A DNA stretch of 64,000 nucleotides from Myxococcota bacterium (GCA_039028615.1 JBCCHT010000022.1:147026-211025), one strand, 5' to 3'; positions 49,372 to 59,745 are shown, counted from the first letter of the stretch. The notes: a model not told the origin generated them from the sequence alone. Translations and numbers: made by a program.

Positions 49372-50904
49372 ATGCCTCGTTCAATGTCTCGTCGCCAGGT
49401 CCTGCGCGGAGCCGCCGGATTCACCCTCGCCCTGCCCTTGCTGCCCTCCTTGCTGCCCCGGGACGCCGGAGCCGGGGGCGGCCCGCTCGGCCCTCGTCGC
49501 CGCCGCTTCATCTCGCTGTGCACCGAGCACGGCGGGATCTGGGGCGACAACATGTGGCCCGGCGACGCCATGCTCAGCGACGACCAGACCTACGCGGGAC
49601 ACTCGATCCGCCGCGGAGACCTGGTGGCCAGCGAAGCCGACGGCCGCACCCGGCTGTCGCAGATCCTCTCCGCACCGTCGACCCTGTTCACCCCCGAGAT
49701 CCTCGGCAAGCTCAACCTGATCCGCGGCCTCGACCACACCTTCTACATCGCGCACCACCAGGGCGGACACCTCGGCAACTACGCCCAGAACGACGGCAAC
49801 GGCACCGACGGCCAGGAGCTGCACGCCTCCCACCGACCGACCATCGACCAGCTCATGGCGTGGTCCCAGGAGTTTTATCCCGACCTGGCCACGATCCTCG
49901 AGCGCTCGTTGATCATGGGCAACAACGTGTCGTTCGGGTGGTCGAGCCCCGCCACCCAGTCGGGCACGGTCCAGGCCATGCCCGCCGAGTGGAGCTCGTT
50001 GGCGCTGTTCAACCGCATCTTCGTGCCCGAGGACGACCTGGTGGACCCGCGGCCGCCCGTGGTCGACCGCGTCATCGACAACTACCTGTCGCTGCGGCAG
50101 AGCAATCGACGGCTGTCGTCCGCCGATCGCCAGCGACTCGACGACCACCTCGAGCGCCTCGACGAGCTCCAGCGACGACTCGAGGTCTCCGTGTCCTGTG
50201 GCGACGTGCCCGTGCCCCGCACCGACACCTACGAGATTCAGGGCGAGAGCAGCTTCTTCTTCGACCCCGAGGCCCAGGCCCGCTACTGGCAGCTGTTCAA
50301 CGACGTCATCGTGGCCGCCATGCTCTGCGACACCTCGCGCATCGCGGTGATGCGCGTGACGAACAACTTCTCCTCGTTCCCGGGCGACTGGCACCAAGAC
50401 GTCGCCCACCAGGCCCACCTGCCCAACGGCGAGGCCCAGGCGCTGCTGGCCGAAGGCAACCAGCGCTTCTTCGAGAACGTGTTCATGGACCTGGTGAGCA
50501 AGCTCGACGTTCCCCAGGGCGACGGCACCACGCTGCTCGACGATTGCTTGGTGGCGTGGAGTCAGGAGTCGGGCAACCAGACCCACGAGTCGATCAGCAC
50601 CCCGGTCATCACCGCGGGCTCCGGCGGCGGCAACATGCGCACGGGGCAGTACGTCGACTACCGCAACCTCGCCAAGGGTGCGTTCGGCAAGTGGGACGAG
50701 AGCAACGAGACCCTGTACCCGGGCCTGACCTTCAACCAGTGGCTGGGCACCGCGCTGCAGACCATGGGCATGTCGCCCAAGAGCTACGAGAGCGGCGACT
50801 ACGGCGGCTACGGTGAGCACTTCGTCGGCGAGGGGCGCGAGCACATGTACGCCCCCGGCGTGCTCGATGCCCAGGGCGACTGGCTGCCCTGGCTCCAGGC
50901 CTGA
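49372..50904 (+). CDS. DUF1552-family protein with twin-arginine signal
   Basis: SRRQVLRGAAG..LALPLLPSL, PTIDQ, LDDHLERLDELQRRL, CDTSRIA, TLLDD; typical partner of DUF1592 genes. Confidence 0.9.
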   Translation: MPRSMSRRQVLRGAAGFTLALPLLPSLLPRDAGAGGGPLGPRRRRFISLCTEHGGIWGDNMWPGDAMLSDDQTYAGHSIRRGDLVASEADGRTRLSQILSAPSTLFTPEILGKLNLIRGLDHTFYIAHHQGGHLGNYAQNDGNGTDGQELHASHRPTIDQLMAWSQEFYPDLATILERSLIMGNNVSFGWSSPATQSGTVQAMPAEWSSLALFNRIFVPEDDLVDPRPPVVDRVIDNYLSLRQSNRRLSSADRQRLDDHLERLDELQRRLEVSVSCGDVPVPRTDTYEIQGESSFFFDPEAQARYWQLFNDVIVAAMLCDTSRIAVMRVTNNFSSFPGDWHQDVAHQAHLPNGEAQALLAEGNQRFFENVFMDLVSKLDVPQGDGTTLLDDCLVAWSQESGNQTHESISTPVITAGSGGGNMRTGQYVDYRNLAKGAFGKWDESNETLYPGLTFNQWLGTALQTMGMSPKSYESGDYGGYGEHFVGEGREHMYAPGVLDAQGDWLPWLQA

Positions 50905-50950
50905 GCCCAGACTCAGGCCCGACCGGGCGGGTCGTGCGTTACAGTGACGC

Positions 50951-52306
50951 GTGACCTCCACCCGCCCGTTCTTTGCGTCGTGCTGGCCGCTGCTGGCCGT
51001 CTTGGCCGTCGGGGCGGGCTGTAGTGGGCCACGGAGCGAGACCGCCCCTGCCGAGCCCGCGGTCCAGACTCCGGCAACGCGGGCTCCCGCGGCCGAGGCT
51101 GCGGCAGAAGAGCCGAGCGCTCCCGTCGTCGCCGACGCCACACCCGACGCGGGCGGCGAAGTGCACGGGCAGCTTCGTGAGCACCAGGGCCAGCGAATCC
51201 TGCGGGTCTGGGGCACGCCCGAGCAGATGGGCCATGCCCACGGCTACTGGCTCCGAGACTCGATCCTCGAGATCGTCGACGGCTATGCGCTCGACGTGAT
51301 CCCGCCGAGTACCTTGGACACCGCGGGCGCGATGTATACGACCGTGGCTCAGGTCCCCCCGCGGCTGAAGCGGGAGGCCGAGGGCATCGTGGCCGGAATG
51401 AAGGCCGCGGGCGGTGCCCATGTGCCGCGGCTGGGTCGAGACCTCCGCGCCGCCGATCTACTGGTGCTCAACGCCATGACCGACCTGCTGTCGATCGGGT
51501 GCTCGTCCGTGTCCGCCTGGGGCTCGAGCACCGAGGCCGACCCGCAGCTGGGCGGCTCGCCGATCATGGTGCGCAACCTCGACTGGAGCGCGGACGAAGA
51601 CCTGCTGCGCAACCAGGTCATCTTCGTGTTCGAGCCGGAAGGCGGCGACCGGCAGCCCGTGGTCTCGGTCGCCTTCGCGGGCTACATCGGGTGTCTGTCG
51701 TGCATGAACGAGGCCGGGGTCTCCGCACTGTTCAACATGGGCTACGGCGACGGAGCGGCCAGCGTGGGCCAGGCGCTGGGTGGGTTCGCCCCCGCCAACC
51801 TCTTGCTCCGAGACACCCTCGAGCAGCGGGACATCGACGGCGACGGCAAGAGCACCAGCGACGATCTGGAAGCGACGTGGCGCGAGGCGAAGCACGCGGG
51901 CAGCTACATCCTGCACGTGCTCGAGCCGCGGCGCACCGACGTCGACGCGCCCGCCCGCGTGCTCGAAGTCGAGGCCGATGGCGTCGTGACCCGCGACAGC
52001 ATCCCCTCGGAGGCCCTGGGCTCACAGGTGCTCGCGGCGACCAATCACCTGCGGCGCAAGGCCAAGCCCGAGGCCTGCGTCCGCTACCGCCAGATCGAAC
52101 ACACCACGCGCAAACGGGAGCAGCGCTTCGACCGTGACTCGCTATGGCAGCTCGGCGCCAGCGTGCGGCTGCCCGAGGTCGTGCACACCGTCACCGTCGA
52201 GCCCGAGACCCGCACGCTGGGCGTGTGGCTCCGGGCCGTGGGCGAGACGAAGCACGACGGGCACGAGCCCGTGATGCATACCTGGGCGAGCCTGTCGGGG
52301 CGCTAG
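50951..52306 (+). CDS. C45-family Ntn-hydrolase (autoproteolytic acyltransferase/peptidase), lipoprotein
   Basis: GTPEQMGHAHG, IG-CSSVSAWG (nucleophile Cys), RNLDW, MNEAGV, TNH; GAG-C lipobox. Confidence 0.85.
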   Translation: MTSTRPFFASCWPLLAVLAVGAGCSGPRSETAPAEPAVQTPATRAPAAEAAAEEPSAPVVADATPDAGGEVHGQLREHQGQRILRVWGTPEQMGHAHGYWLRDSILEIVDGYALDVIPPSTLDTAGAMYTTVAQVPPRLKREAEGIVAGMKAAGGAHVPRLGRDLRAADLLVLNAMTDLLSIGCSSVSAWGSSTEADPQLGGSPIMVRNLDWSADEDLLRNQVIFVFEPEGGDRQPVVSVAFAGYIGCLSCMNEAGVSALFNMGYGDGAASVGQALGGFAPANLLLRDTLEQRDIDGDGKSTSDDLEATWREAKHAGSYILHVLEPRRTDVDAPARVLEVEADGVVTRDSIPSEALGSQVLAATNHLRRKAKPEACVRYRQIEHTTRKREQRFDRDSLWQLGASVRLPEVVHTVTVEPETRTLGVWLRAVGETKHDGHEPVMHTWASLSGR

Positions 52307-53127
52307 CGCCCGCGCCGACCCGTGCGCTGCAGCGTCTCCATGTCCTGCTCCTTCTTGAGCAGGGTGCCCAAAAACGGCAGGCCGGCGCCGAGCAGCTTGG
52401 CGGGGTCGATGCCCGCGTGCCGGATGGCGCTGATCCAGTCGATGAGCTCGCTGGTGCTCGGCGGCTTGCGCAGGCCGTCGACCTGGCGCAGCCGGTAGAA
52501 CGCGGAGAGGGCCGACGCCAGCAGCTCGTCTTCGAGGTCCGGGTGGTGGACCTTGACGATGCGGCTCATCAGCTCGCGCTCGGGGAACTCGATCCAGTGG
52601 AACACGCAGCGCCGCAAGAACGCGTCGGGGAGTTCCTTCTCGTTGTTGCTGGTGATGATGACGATGGGCCGCTTGCCCGCGGTGACGGTGCGACCCGTCT
52701 CGGGGATGGTGAAGCTCATCGTGTCGATCTCGTGCAGGAGATCGTTGGGGAACTCGAGGTCGGCCTTGTCGATCTCGTCGATGAGCACCACGCTCATCGC
52801 GTCCGCCTCGAAGGCCCGGCCCAGCGGCCCGAGGGTGATGTACTTGGCGATGTCGTGCACGTCGCCCTCGCCGAAACGGCTGTCGTGCAGTCGCCGAACG
52901 GTGTCGTACTCGTAAAGACCCTCGACCGCCTTGGTGGTCGACTTGACCTGCCAGCGGTACAGGGGAAGCCCTCGTGCCTCGGCCAGGTTCACCGCCAGCA
53001 GGGTCTTGCCCGTGCCCGGCTCACCCTTGAGCAGCAGGGGTCGCTGAAGGTGCGTCGCAACGTCGACCGCACGACCCAGCTCTTCGGATACGATGTACTT
53101 GGAAGTCCCTCGGAACGCCTCGCCCAT
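52303..53127 (-). CDS. MoxR-family AAA+ ATPase (CoxD-like)
   Basis: PLLLKGEPGTGKT, VLIDEIDKAD, ITSNNEKELPDAFLRRC, KPPSTSELIDW. Confidence 0.95.
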   Translation of the reverse strand: MGEAFRGTSKYIVSEELGRAVDVATHLQRPLLLKGEPGTGKTLLAVNLAEARGLPLYRWQVKSTTKAVEGLYEYDTVRRLHDSRFGEGDVHDIAKYITLGPLGRAFEADAMSVVLIDEIDKADLEFPNDLLHEIDTMSFTIPETGRTVTAGKRPIVIITSNNEKELPDAFLRRCVFHWIEFPERELMSRIVKVHHPDLEDELLASALSAFYRLRQVDGLRKPPSTSELIDWISAIRHAGIDPAKLLGAGLPFLGTLLKKEQDMETLQRTGRRGR

Positions 53128-53140
53128 TCGACGCGGGAGT

Positions 53141-54688
53141 ATGGCATATCCATCGATCCTGGCTCGGTCCCTGATGGTCCTGACGACGCTCGTCGGGCTG
53201 TCCAGCTGCGCTCGGGCGGGAGACTCCGATAGCGCCTCGGGCGCGAACGATCCCGCCGCAGACGAGGTGGAGGGCACAGACGAGCCACTACCGCCCGCCT
53301 CTGCCCATTCGCGCGACGACGCCTCCGCTGAAGTCGCGACGGACCGACCTCACGCCGAGCCTCCCACGACCGACATCGCACCCCCCCGCACAGCCGAGTC
53401 GGGCACGCCCGCGCCCCCACCGAAGACTCCGGGAGGCGACCTGGCTCACGCAACATCGGCCGCGCCGATCGGCCGACGTCGCGCCAAGAAGCCGCTGATG
53501 ATCTACGAACAGCCGCAGCTGGGCACCGAGTTCCGCGGCAAGATCCCCCACGGCGAAGTCTTCGAGCTGTTCGAGCTCGTGGAAGGGCCCGAGTGTCGCG
53601 GCGAGGGCTGGGGTCGCATCGGCGACGCGGCCTACGTCTGCTTGCGACACACCGAGCCCACCGAAGACGTCGCGCTCGCGCTGCCCACCGAGCTGGTCGA
53701 TGGCCTCGCACCTTTTCACTACGCGCGGCTCAAGCCCAAGGGCGGCGACGGCAACAACCCCCCGGCCCCGCTGTGGCGCTCGAGGACCGCCATGCGCCGC
53801 GGAGCAGAGCCCGAGAGCTTCCTGCAGCCCGAGCACGACTACGCCTTCGTGAAGCGTCGCCGGCTCCGAAGCGGCGCGATGCTCTACACCCCGAGCAAAC
53901 GGGTCGTGCGCGAGGCCGACATCAAGCGCATGAAGCCCAGCGACTTCGCCGGGCGAGACGTCGCGTCGCGACCGATCCCGGCCGGGGTGGTGATGAGCTG
54001 GAGTATCACGTGGCCCTTCGCCGCCGTGCATGCCGAGCCCAAGGAGTCCTCGCCCGTCACGGGCAAGCTGCCGCTGCACGAAGAGCTGATGGTCCACGAC
54101 GAGCCGAAGACCGAGCGCGGCCTCACCTGGTATCCGGTGGCCGAGCCGCACACGGGCTGGGTGCAAGCGGAGCAGATTCGACGCTGGAATCCCATGAAGG
54201 CCCCCGCCGACGTCGAAGCGCTCGAGCCGTGGATCGACGTCGATCTATCGCAGCAGGTGCTGGCGCTTCGGCGCGGGGGCGAGGTCGAGTTCGTGACGCT
54301 CATTTCCTCGGGCAACTGGAAGCACGCGACCCCGCGGGGCATCTTTCGGCTCGAGAGCAAGTGGGCCTTCGCCGACATGCGCTCACGGGCGGGCGACGAC
54401 GACACCTACTACGTCGAGGGCGTCCCCTGGGCGATGTACTTCCGCGGCCGCTACGCGCTGCACGGAACCTTCTGGCACAACCGCTTCGGGCGACGCACCA
54501 GTCACGGCTGCATCAACCTGTCGGCCCACGATGCGCGCTATGTCTACGAACGCACCGCGCCGATCGCCAAGCCCGGCTGGGTGGTGACCCACGAGCACCT
54601 GAAGGAGCCGGGTACGCTCATCCGTATTCGCCGCGGCGACGAGGTGCCCCCCGACCGCCGCCGGTCGCCTCGCGGCACGGCGGACTGA
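53141..54688 (+). CDS. L,D-transpeptidase (YkuD domain), putative lipoprotein
   Basis: WIDVDLSQQVL, TPRGIF, ALHGTFWHNRFGRRTSHGCINL; start 53141 or 53174. Confidence 0.92.
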   Translation: MAYPSILARSLMVLTTLVGLSSCARAGDSDSASGANDPAADEVEGTDEPLPPASAHSRDDASAEVATDRPHAEPPTTDIAPPRTAESGTPAPPPKTPGGDLAHATSAAPIGRRRAKKPLMIYEQPQLGTEFRGKIPHGEVFELFELVEGPECRGEGWGRIGDAAYVCLRHTEPTEDVALALPTELVDGLAPFHYARLKPKGGDGNNPPAPLWRSRTAMRRGAEPESFLQPEHDYAFVKRRRLRSGAMLYTPSKRVVREADIKRMKPSDFAGRDVASRPIPAGVVMSWSITWPFAAVHAEPKESSPVTGKLPLHEELMVHDEPKTERGLTWYPVAEPHTGWVQAEQIRRWNPMKAPADVEALEPWIDVDLSQQVLALRRGGEVEFVTLISSGNWKHATPRGIFRLESKWAFADMRSRAGDDDTYYVEGVPWAMYFRGRYALHGTFWHNRFGRRTSHGCINLSAHDARYVYERTAPIAKPGWVVTHEHLKEPGTLIRIRRGDEVPPDRRRSPRGTAD

Positions 54689-54747
54689 ACGCGACAGGTC
54701 CCATCCCACGACCCCCGGGTAGCGTCCAGCGCTATCATGGACCACCG

Positions 54748-56049
54748 ATGCGGCTGACCTCATGGGCTTCGACGTTCACGTGCCTCGCGGCCATGGCGAG
54801 CGCCGGATGTCAGCCGTCGCCTCCCGTCGTGGCGGGCACGGGCGAGGCCTCCTCGACCACGGAGGAGCCCGGCACAGAATCGGGGATGACCACCGCTTCG
54901 GCCGGGACCACGGACGCCGACGAAGAGTCGACCGCGGCCGTCGATGAAGACACCACCGCCGGCCCCGACCCTACCGGAGCCGCGCCCCTGGACGACCCGT
55001 GCCTGCAGGTCCTGCCGCTGGTGGACATGCCCGGTGATGCGACGGTCGCCGCCGTCTCCGATGGCGACGGCGACGGCCGCCAAGAGCTGTGGCTGCTGGC
55101 CGTGCTCTGGAACCCGGTGAGCGAGACCCAGGCGACCCAGCTGTCCGTGTTCGAGGCCACCGAGACCGTCGTCCCCGAGCTGGTCACGCAACGTGAGCTG
55201 CCGGGCGAGGTGGTGGCGATGGCCGACATCGATGGCGACGGCTGGCCCGACGCCCTCATGCAGCAGTGGGATCAACCCCTCGCGTGGTGGCACCCGGGCC
55301 TGCCGAGCCTCGACGTCGACACCGACGAGTCCCCGCTGTCCATGCCCGGCGACGGGACCTGGCTCGATGCGGACGGCGACGGCCGAGCCGACCTGTTCGA
55401 GGTCACGGGCGACAGCCTCGTGCTGCACCGCGGAGACGGCATGGGCGGCCTGAGCGAGGCCGACTCGCTCGTCTGGGACGCCGGCATGGATCCTCCTCAG
55501 ATCTGGCCTGCTGCGGGCGACCCGGGTCGACTGGTGGTCCGCTGGGAGAACACCAGCCCCAGCGCAGGCCCCGATCCCCACGAGCTGTGGGCCATCGAGG
55601 TGGATCCCACCGGCCAGATCGACGTCGTGCTGACCAGCCCGCGCCTGCGCATCGACGTGCGATGGGTCGAAGACTTCGACAATGATGGCGTTCCAGAGGT
55701 GCTCGCCGTGGACGCCGTGACCGACGTCATGATCTACGCGCACGGCGAGGGCGACGAGTTCAGCTTCGACACCACCGAGCTGTTCATCGACGATCTGGTG
55801 GTGGGCGACTTCGACGGCGACGGGGCCACCGACCTGATGCACTGGATCCCCGGAGACGCCTCGCTGCGGCTGCGCATGGACGAGCAGTGGCCCAGCTCGC
55901 AGCCCCTCGCGGTGGACGGCTCGTTCCCCTGGATGAGCACCAATCGCGCGTTCGAGGCCAATGGCGGCGGTCCACGCGAGCTGCTCGTGCGCGAGCCCGA
56001 CTCGCCCCTCGACCGCTACCACCTGGGGAGATTCATCGAATGCGAGTAG
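54748..56049 (+). CDS. FG-GAP/VCBS-repeat lipoprotein
   Basis: SAG-C lipobox; repeated DxDGDGxxD loops (DGDGDGRQE, DIDGDGWPD, DADGDGRAD, DFDNDGVPE, DFDGDGATD). Confidence 0.85.
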   Translation: MRLTSWASTFTCLAAMASAGCQPSPPVVAGTGEASSTTEEPGTESGMTTASAGTTDADEESTAAVDEDTTAGPDPTGAAPLDDPCLQVLPLVDMPGDATVAAVSDGDGDGRQELWLLAVLWNPVSETQATQLSVFEATETVVPELVTQRELPGEVVAMADIDGDGWPDALMQQWDQPLAWWHPGLPSLDVDTDESPLSMPGDGTWLDADGDGRADLFEVTGDSLVLHRGDGMGGLSEADSLVWDAGMDPPQIWPAAGDPGRLVVRWENTSPSAGPDPHELWAIEVDPTGQIDVVLTSPRLRIDVRWVEDFDNDGVPEVLAVDAVTDVMIYAHGEGDEFSFDTTELFIDDLVVGDFDGDGATDLMHWIPGDASLRLRMDEQWPSSQPLAVDGSFPWMSTNRAFEANGGGPRELLVREPDSPLDRYHLGRFIECE

Positions 56050-57467
56050 GCGAACTTCGGTGGTGGGCGGCCCTGGCCGTCGTCGCGCTCGGCTGCGGTC
56101 CAGACGTCGTAGCCAACGCCGAAGACCCGACCACCGACGAATCGACGACCGACGCCGCCAGCCCCGGCACGGGCGACGGCACTTCCACCGGGGCCGCCGA
56201 CACCACCGGTCTTCCCACCGCCGACCCGGACTCGACCGGGACCCCGGTCGACCCTCCCCTGCCCGACCTGCCCGACTACCCGCCCTCGCCCTACTGCGGC
56301 GACGGTGCGGTCGATGGCTACGAAGAGTGCGACGACGGCAACGACGTCGACGACGACGCGTGTACCAACGACTGCGTGGACGGGGCGGCTCGCCTGTGGC
56401 AGCAGGAGTACATCATCGACGCGCCGATGTGCCCCCAGGGACTGGCCATCGGCCCCAACGAGCGCATCGGCATGGCGGGGGGCACCATCGGCTTCGGCGA
56501 CGACCCGGGCGATGCGTGGTACGGCTTCTTCGACACCAACGGCGTGCTGCAGTGGTACATCCACTGGGACGGCGGTGCAGGCACCCTCGATCGCGCGGTG
56601 GCCATCGGCTACGACGGCGTCGGCGACGTCTTCCTGGCGATCTCCGAGAGCGACGGCACCTACGAGGCCCGACTCCGCAAGACCGACCTGGCGGGCACCG
56701 AATACTGGACCGCGGCCCTACCCCACGATCCGCGCGGGGCCAATCTGGCCAGCGATCTGACCATCCTCCCCGACGACTCGGTCGTGTTCATGGCCCGGAC
56801 CTTCGGCTCCGATGGTGAGGGACTGAGGCTCCAGCGCTACGCGACCGACGGCACACCTCAGTGGGGCGACTCGCTGGTGCTGCTCGACCACATCGACACC
56901 GACGTTCGGCCCTCGCTCGGTCACGATCACGACGGCGGCACATACCTGGTGGCCGCGCGCCGGTTTGGATTGGGCGACGATGCGATGCGAGAGGCCTTCG
57001 TCGAGCGCCTCGCCCCCGACGGCAGTCCATCGTGGTCCGCGTTGTCCGTACCGCCGCTGTCGTCGGAATCCGATCACGTGCTGCTGGGCGCGACCACGGC
57101 CGCGGGCACCACCTCGATGGCGCTGTTCGACCAGTTCGCGCCGAGCAGCGTGGTGGTCCGTGCCTGGGACTCCACCGGGCTCGGACCCCAGACTGCCGAC
57201 CCGGGAGTCGTGCTCCCCGGTCTCGAGATCCGTGACGCCACCCACGACGGCGTCGGCAACCTGGTCATCGTGGGCTCCGACGATCGCGAGGGTCGAGCGT
57301 GGACGATCAAGCTCGACCCGGTGGGGCAGCTGCAGTGGGTCCGGCGCACCAGCGACGACCGCTGGGACATGACCGCGACCGCGGTGACCATCGCCGGCAA
57401 CGACGACATCATCGTCGGCGGCTGCCGCAACGACACCATTCCCTGGCTGCTGCGCTACGCCCCCTGA
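56040..57467 (+). CDS. Lipoprotein with a myxobacterial disulfide repeat (DUF4215-like) and beta-propeller
   Basis: ALG-C lipobox; CGDGAVDGYEECDDGNDVDDDACTNDC; repeated xxDGxxxW blade ends. Confidence 0.85.
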   Translation: MRVGELRWWAALAVVALGCGPDVVANAEDPTTDESTTDAASPGTGDGTSTGAADTTGLPTADPDSTGTPVDPPLPDLPDYPPSPYCGDGAVDGYEECDDGNDVDDDACTNDCVDGAARLWQQEYIIDAPMCPQGLAIGPNERIGMAGGTIGFGDDPGDAWYGFFDTNGVLQWYIHWDGGAGTLDRAVAIGYDGVGDVFLAISESDGTYEARLRKTDLAGTEYWTAALPHDPRGANLASDLTILPDDSVVFMARTFGSDGEGLRLQRYATDGTPQWGDSLVLLDHIDTDVRPSLGHDHDGGTYLVAARRFGLGDDAMREAFVERLAPDGSPSWSALSVPPLSSESDHVLLGATTAAGTTSMALFDQFAPSSVVVRAWDSTGLGPQTADPGVVLPGLEIRDATHDGVGNLVIVGSDDREGRAWTIKLDPVGQLQWVRRTSDDRWDMTATAVTIAGNDDIIVGGCRNDTIPWLLRYAP

Positions 57468-57473
57468 ACCCGG

Positions 57474-57887
57474 CTAGCCCACCAGCACCAGCACCACGGA
57501 CATCGCGAAGATCATCGCGACCTGGCTGCCGCAGGCGATCGAGGCCACCCGCCAGCGCCGCAAGAACGCTTGGCCCGGCACACCGGTCGCGATGCACAGC
57601 CCCACGCTCACGAATCCGGCGAGCTTCAGGGCCCCGCCGATCCCCGTGACCCCGAAGGCCCCCTGGAGCACGGCCAGCGAGATGGCCAGCGCCGCCGTGC
57701 AGGCGATCCCCACCGCGTAGGTGTAGGGCGGAACTTCCTTGGTGTGCTCCTTGCTGCTGGCGACGCCGTACTCTCGCGCCCACGGCTCACCGAAGAGCAC
57801 CACGAACCACAGGGTGGAGACGATCTGGCCCACGACCACGCTGACCAGGACGGCGACCCACGAGAGCTGGGAGAAGTCGATTTCCAT
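57474..57887 (-). CDS. DUF1761-like small membrane protein
   Basis: WVAVLVS...LWF..LFGEPW pattern; four TM segments. Confidence 0.75.
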   Translation of the reverse strand: MEIDFSQLSWVAVLVSVVVGQIVSTLWFVVLFGEPWAREYGVASSKEHTKEVPPYTYAVGIACTAALAISLAVLQGAFGVTGIGGALKLAGFVSVGLCIATGVPGQAFLRRWRVASIACGSQVAMIFAMSVVLVLVG

Positions 57888-57957
57888 CGGCCACGACGCT
57901 ACCCCGTCTGGTTTTGCCGATTGGGCAATACTGTTTTGCCGGCCGAAAGCGCCGCGC

Positions 57958-58383
57958 TCAGAACACCGCCAGCGCCGCGTTCACCGTCAGGATGATCAGC
58001 ACGACGCTGGAGGTCACGAACACGGTGAACCGCGTCGGGATGTTGTTGCCGAGCACTTGCACGTGGCTGTGGATGACCCGGAGCCCGACGTAGCCCCAAG
58101 CCAGGCCCAAGTTGAACGCCGAGGCCTGGTCCAGCAGACACAGACAAATGGCGACGGCATAAAACACCGTGGGCTGCTCGGTGAGGTGGGTGAAATTGTC
58201 CGACTTCCAGCGCACGCGCGCGGGCAGGGACGACATCTGCACGCCCCGGACCGCAGTGGAATCGAACTCCATCTTCGCCGCAAAGATGGCGGGGATCCGG
58301 GTGGCGTACATCCAGAGCATGATCACGTGCGTCCACAGGGCCAACGCGATCACGGGACCGAGCAAGGAAGTGGCGGGAGACAT
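57958..58383 (-). CDS. MAPEG family protein
   Basis: MYATRIP, DNFTHLTEQPTVFYA, AWGYVGLRVIHS. Confidence 0.9.
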   Translation of the reverse strand: MSPATSLLGPVIALALWTHVIMLWMYATRIPAIFAAKMEFDSTAVRGVQMSSLPARVRWKSDNFTHLTEQPTVFYAVAICLCLLDQASAFNLGLAWGYVGLRVIHSHVQVLGNNIPTRFTVFVTSSVVLIILTVNAALAVF

Positions 58384-58452
58384 CGGCTCGAACGATAACG
58401 CGGACCGGCAGGTGAGCCCGGCCCTGCGACAACGAGTCCGCAGCGTCCCGAT

Positions 58453-59745
58453 TCAGCGCCCGCGTTTGCGGGGCCGGGGCAGGCCGTACTTGTCGAGCCG
58501 CGAGACCAGCGTGCGACGGGAGATCCCGAGCATCTTGGCCGCCTGCGACTGGTTGCCCGCGCATCGCCCGAGCGCCTCGAGGATGCGGCGGCGCTCGGCT
58601 TCTTCGGGAGACTCGGGCGCGGCCGCGGGCATGGAGGCGGTGTCGAGCATGGACAGGTCGTCCACGTCGAGGGTCTCGCCGGTCGCCACCACCAGCGCTT
58701 GAGCGAGCCGGTCACCGAGCTCCCGCAGGTTGCCCGGCCAATCGTGCTGGGTCAGCGCCTGCATCAGCTCCGGCGTCAGCATCGGTACCGAGCGCCCCAG
58801 GGTTCGACACTCGCGCTGCAAGGCCTCGTCGACGAGCGCGGGGAACTCGGCCATGCGCTCGCGCAGCGGCGGCACGGCGATGGTGATGCGCGAGAGCCGA
58901 TACAAAAGCTCCCGCCGCAACAAGCCCTCGCGCGCGGCGTTGGCCGGATCCTCGCGGCAGGACGCCATGATGCGCACATCGATCGCCTGCGCCCGCTTGG
59001 AGCCCGGTGGCCGCAGCTCGCCGCGATCGAGGGCGGTCACCAGCCGCGCCTGAAGATCGACCGGCAGCGACGCGGGCTCGCGCAGGAGCAAGGTGCCGCC
59101 CCGCACCGTGACCAACAGCCCGGGGCCGTCGGGCGTGCCGATGAGCGCCGCCTCGAGCTCGGTGGCGGTCGAGGCCGCACAGTCGAGCAGTTCGAAGGGC
59201 CGCCCGCGTCGACGCGAGAAGCCGTGCAGCATGCGAGCGAGCGTGGTCTTGCCGACCCCGGTCTCGCCCACGAACACCACCCCGTCGTCCACGCCCGCCG
59301 CGTGGTCGCACAGCGAACGCAGCCGCACGATGCCGGGCGACGCGGCCGGGGTAGCCAAGCGAGCCCGCAGCGAGGCCGGCTCTTGCCCCTTGGGGTGCAC
59401 CAGCAACAAGGTGCTGCCGACCTCGATGGCTTCGTCGTGGCACACCACCACTTCTTCGTGCGCCGACAGCTTGCGCCCGCCGAGGCGAGTGCCGTTGTAG
59501 GAGCCCATGTCGCGCACCCGGACGCGCTCTTCGAGCTCGAGCTCGGCGTGCAGCCGCGAGACCCCTCCATCGTCGAGGTGAATCTCGGCCGAGGGGTCAC
59601 GCCCGATTCGCAAGACCCCGCGCCGGGGAAGCTCGCGGCGCACCACCCCGTCCCGCCGCACGATGACCAGGGTCAAGGGCCACGGCGGGAGGGGCTCACG
59701 CTCAACGGGGGCGGTGGCGGCCCCCGGCATGGGCGCTCGTTGCAC
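58453..59745 (-). CDS. FHA-domain sigma54-activator-like protein (AAA+ and Fis HTH) with degenerate sigma54-contact loop
   Basis: FHA IGR...VSRLHA...GSYNGT; GETGVGKT; WPGNLREL; GNQSQAAKMLGISRRTL; GAFTGA absent. Start 59745 (GTG) or 59730. Confidence 0.88.
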   Translation of the reverse strand: MQRAPMPGAATAPVEREPLPPWPLTLVIVRRDGVVRRELPRRGVLRIGRDPSAEIHLDDGGVSRLHAELELEERVRVRDMGSYNGTRLGGRKLSAHEEVVVCHDEAIEVGSTLLLVHPKGQEPASLRARLATPAASPGIVRLRSLCDHAAGVDDGVVFVGETGVGKTTLARMLHGFSRRRGRPFELLDCAASTATELEAALIGTPDGPGLLVTVRGGTLLLREPASLPVDLQARLVTALDRGELRPPGSKRAQAIDVRIMASCREDPANAAREGLLRRELLYRLSRITIAVPPLRERMAEFPALVDEALQRECRTLGRSVPMLTPELMQALTQHDWPGNLRELGDRLAQALVVATGETLDVDDLSMLDTASMPAAAPESPEEAERRRILEALGRCAGNQSQAAKMLGISRRTLVSRLDKYGLPRPRKRGR

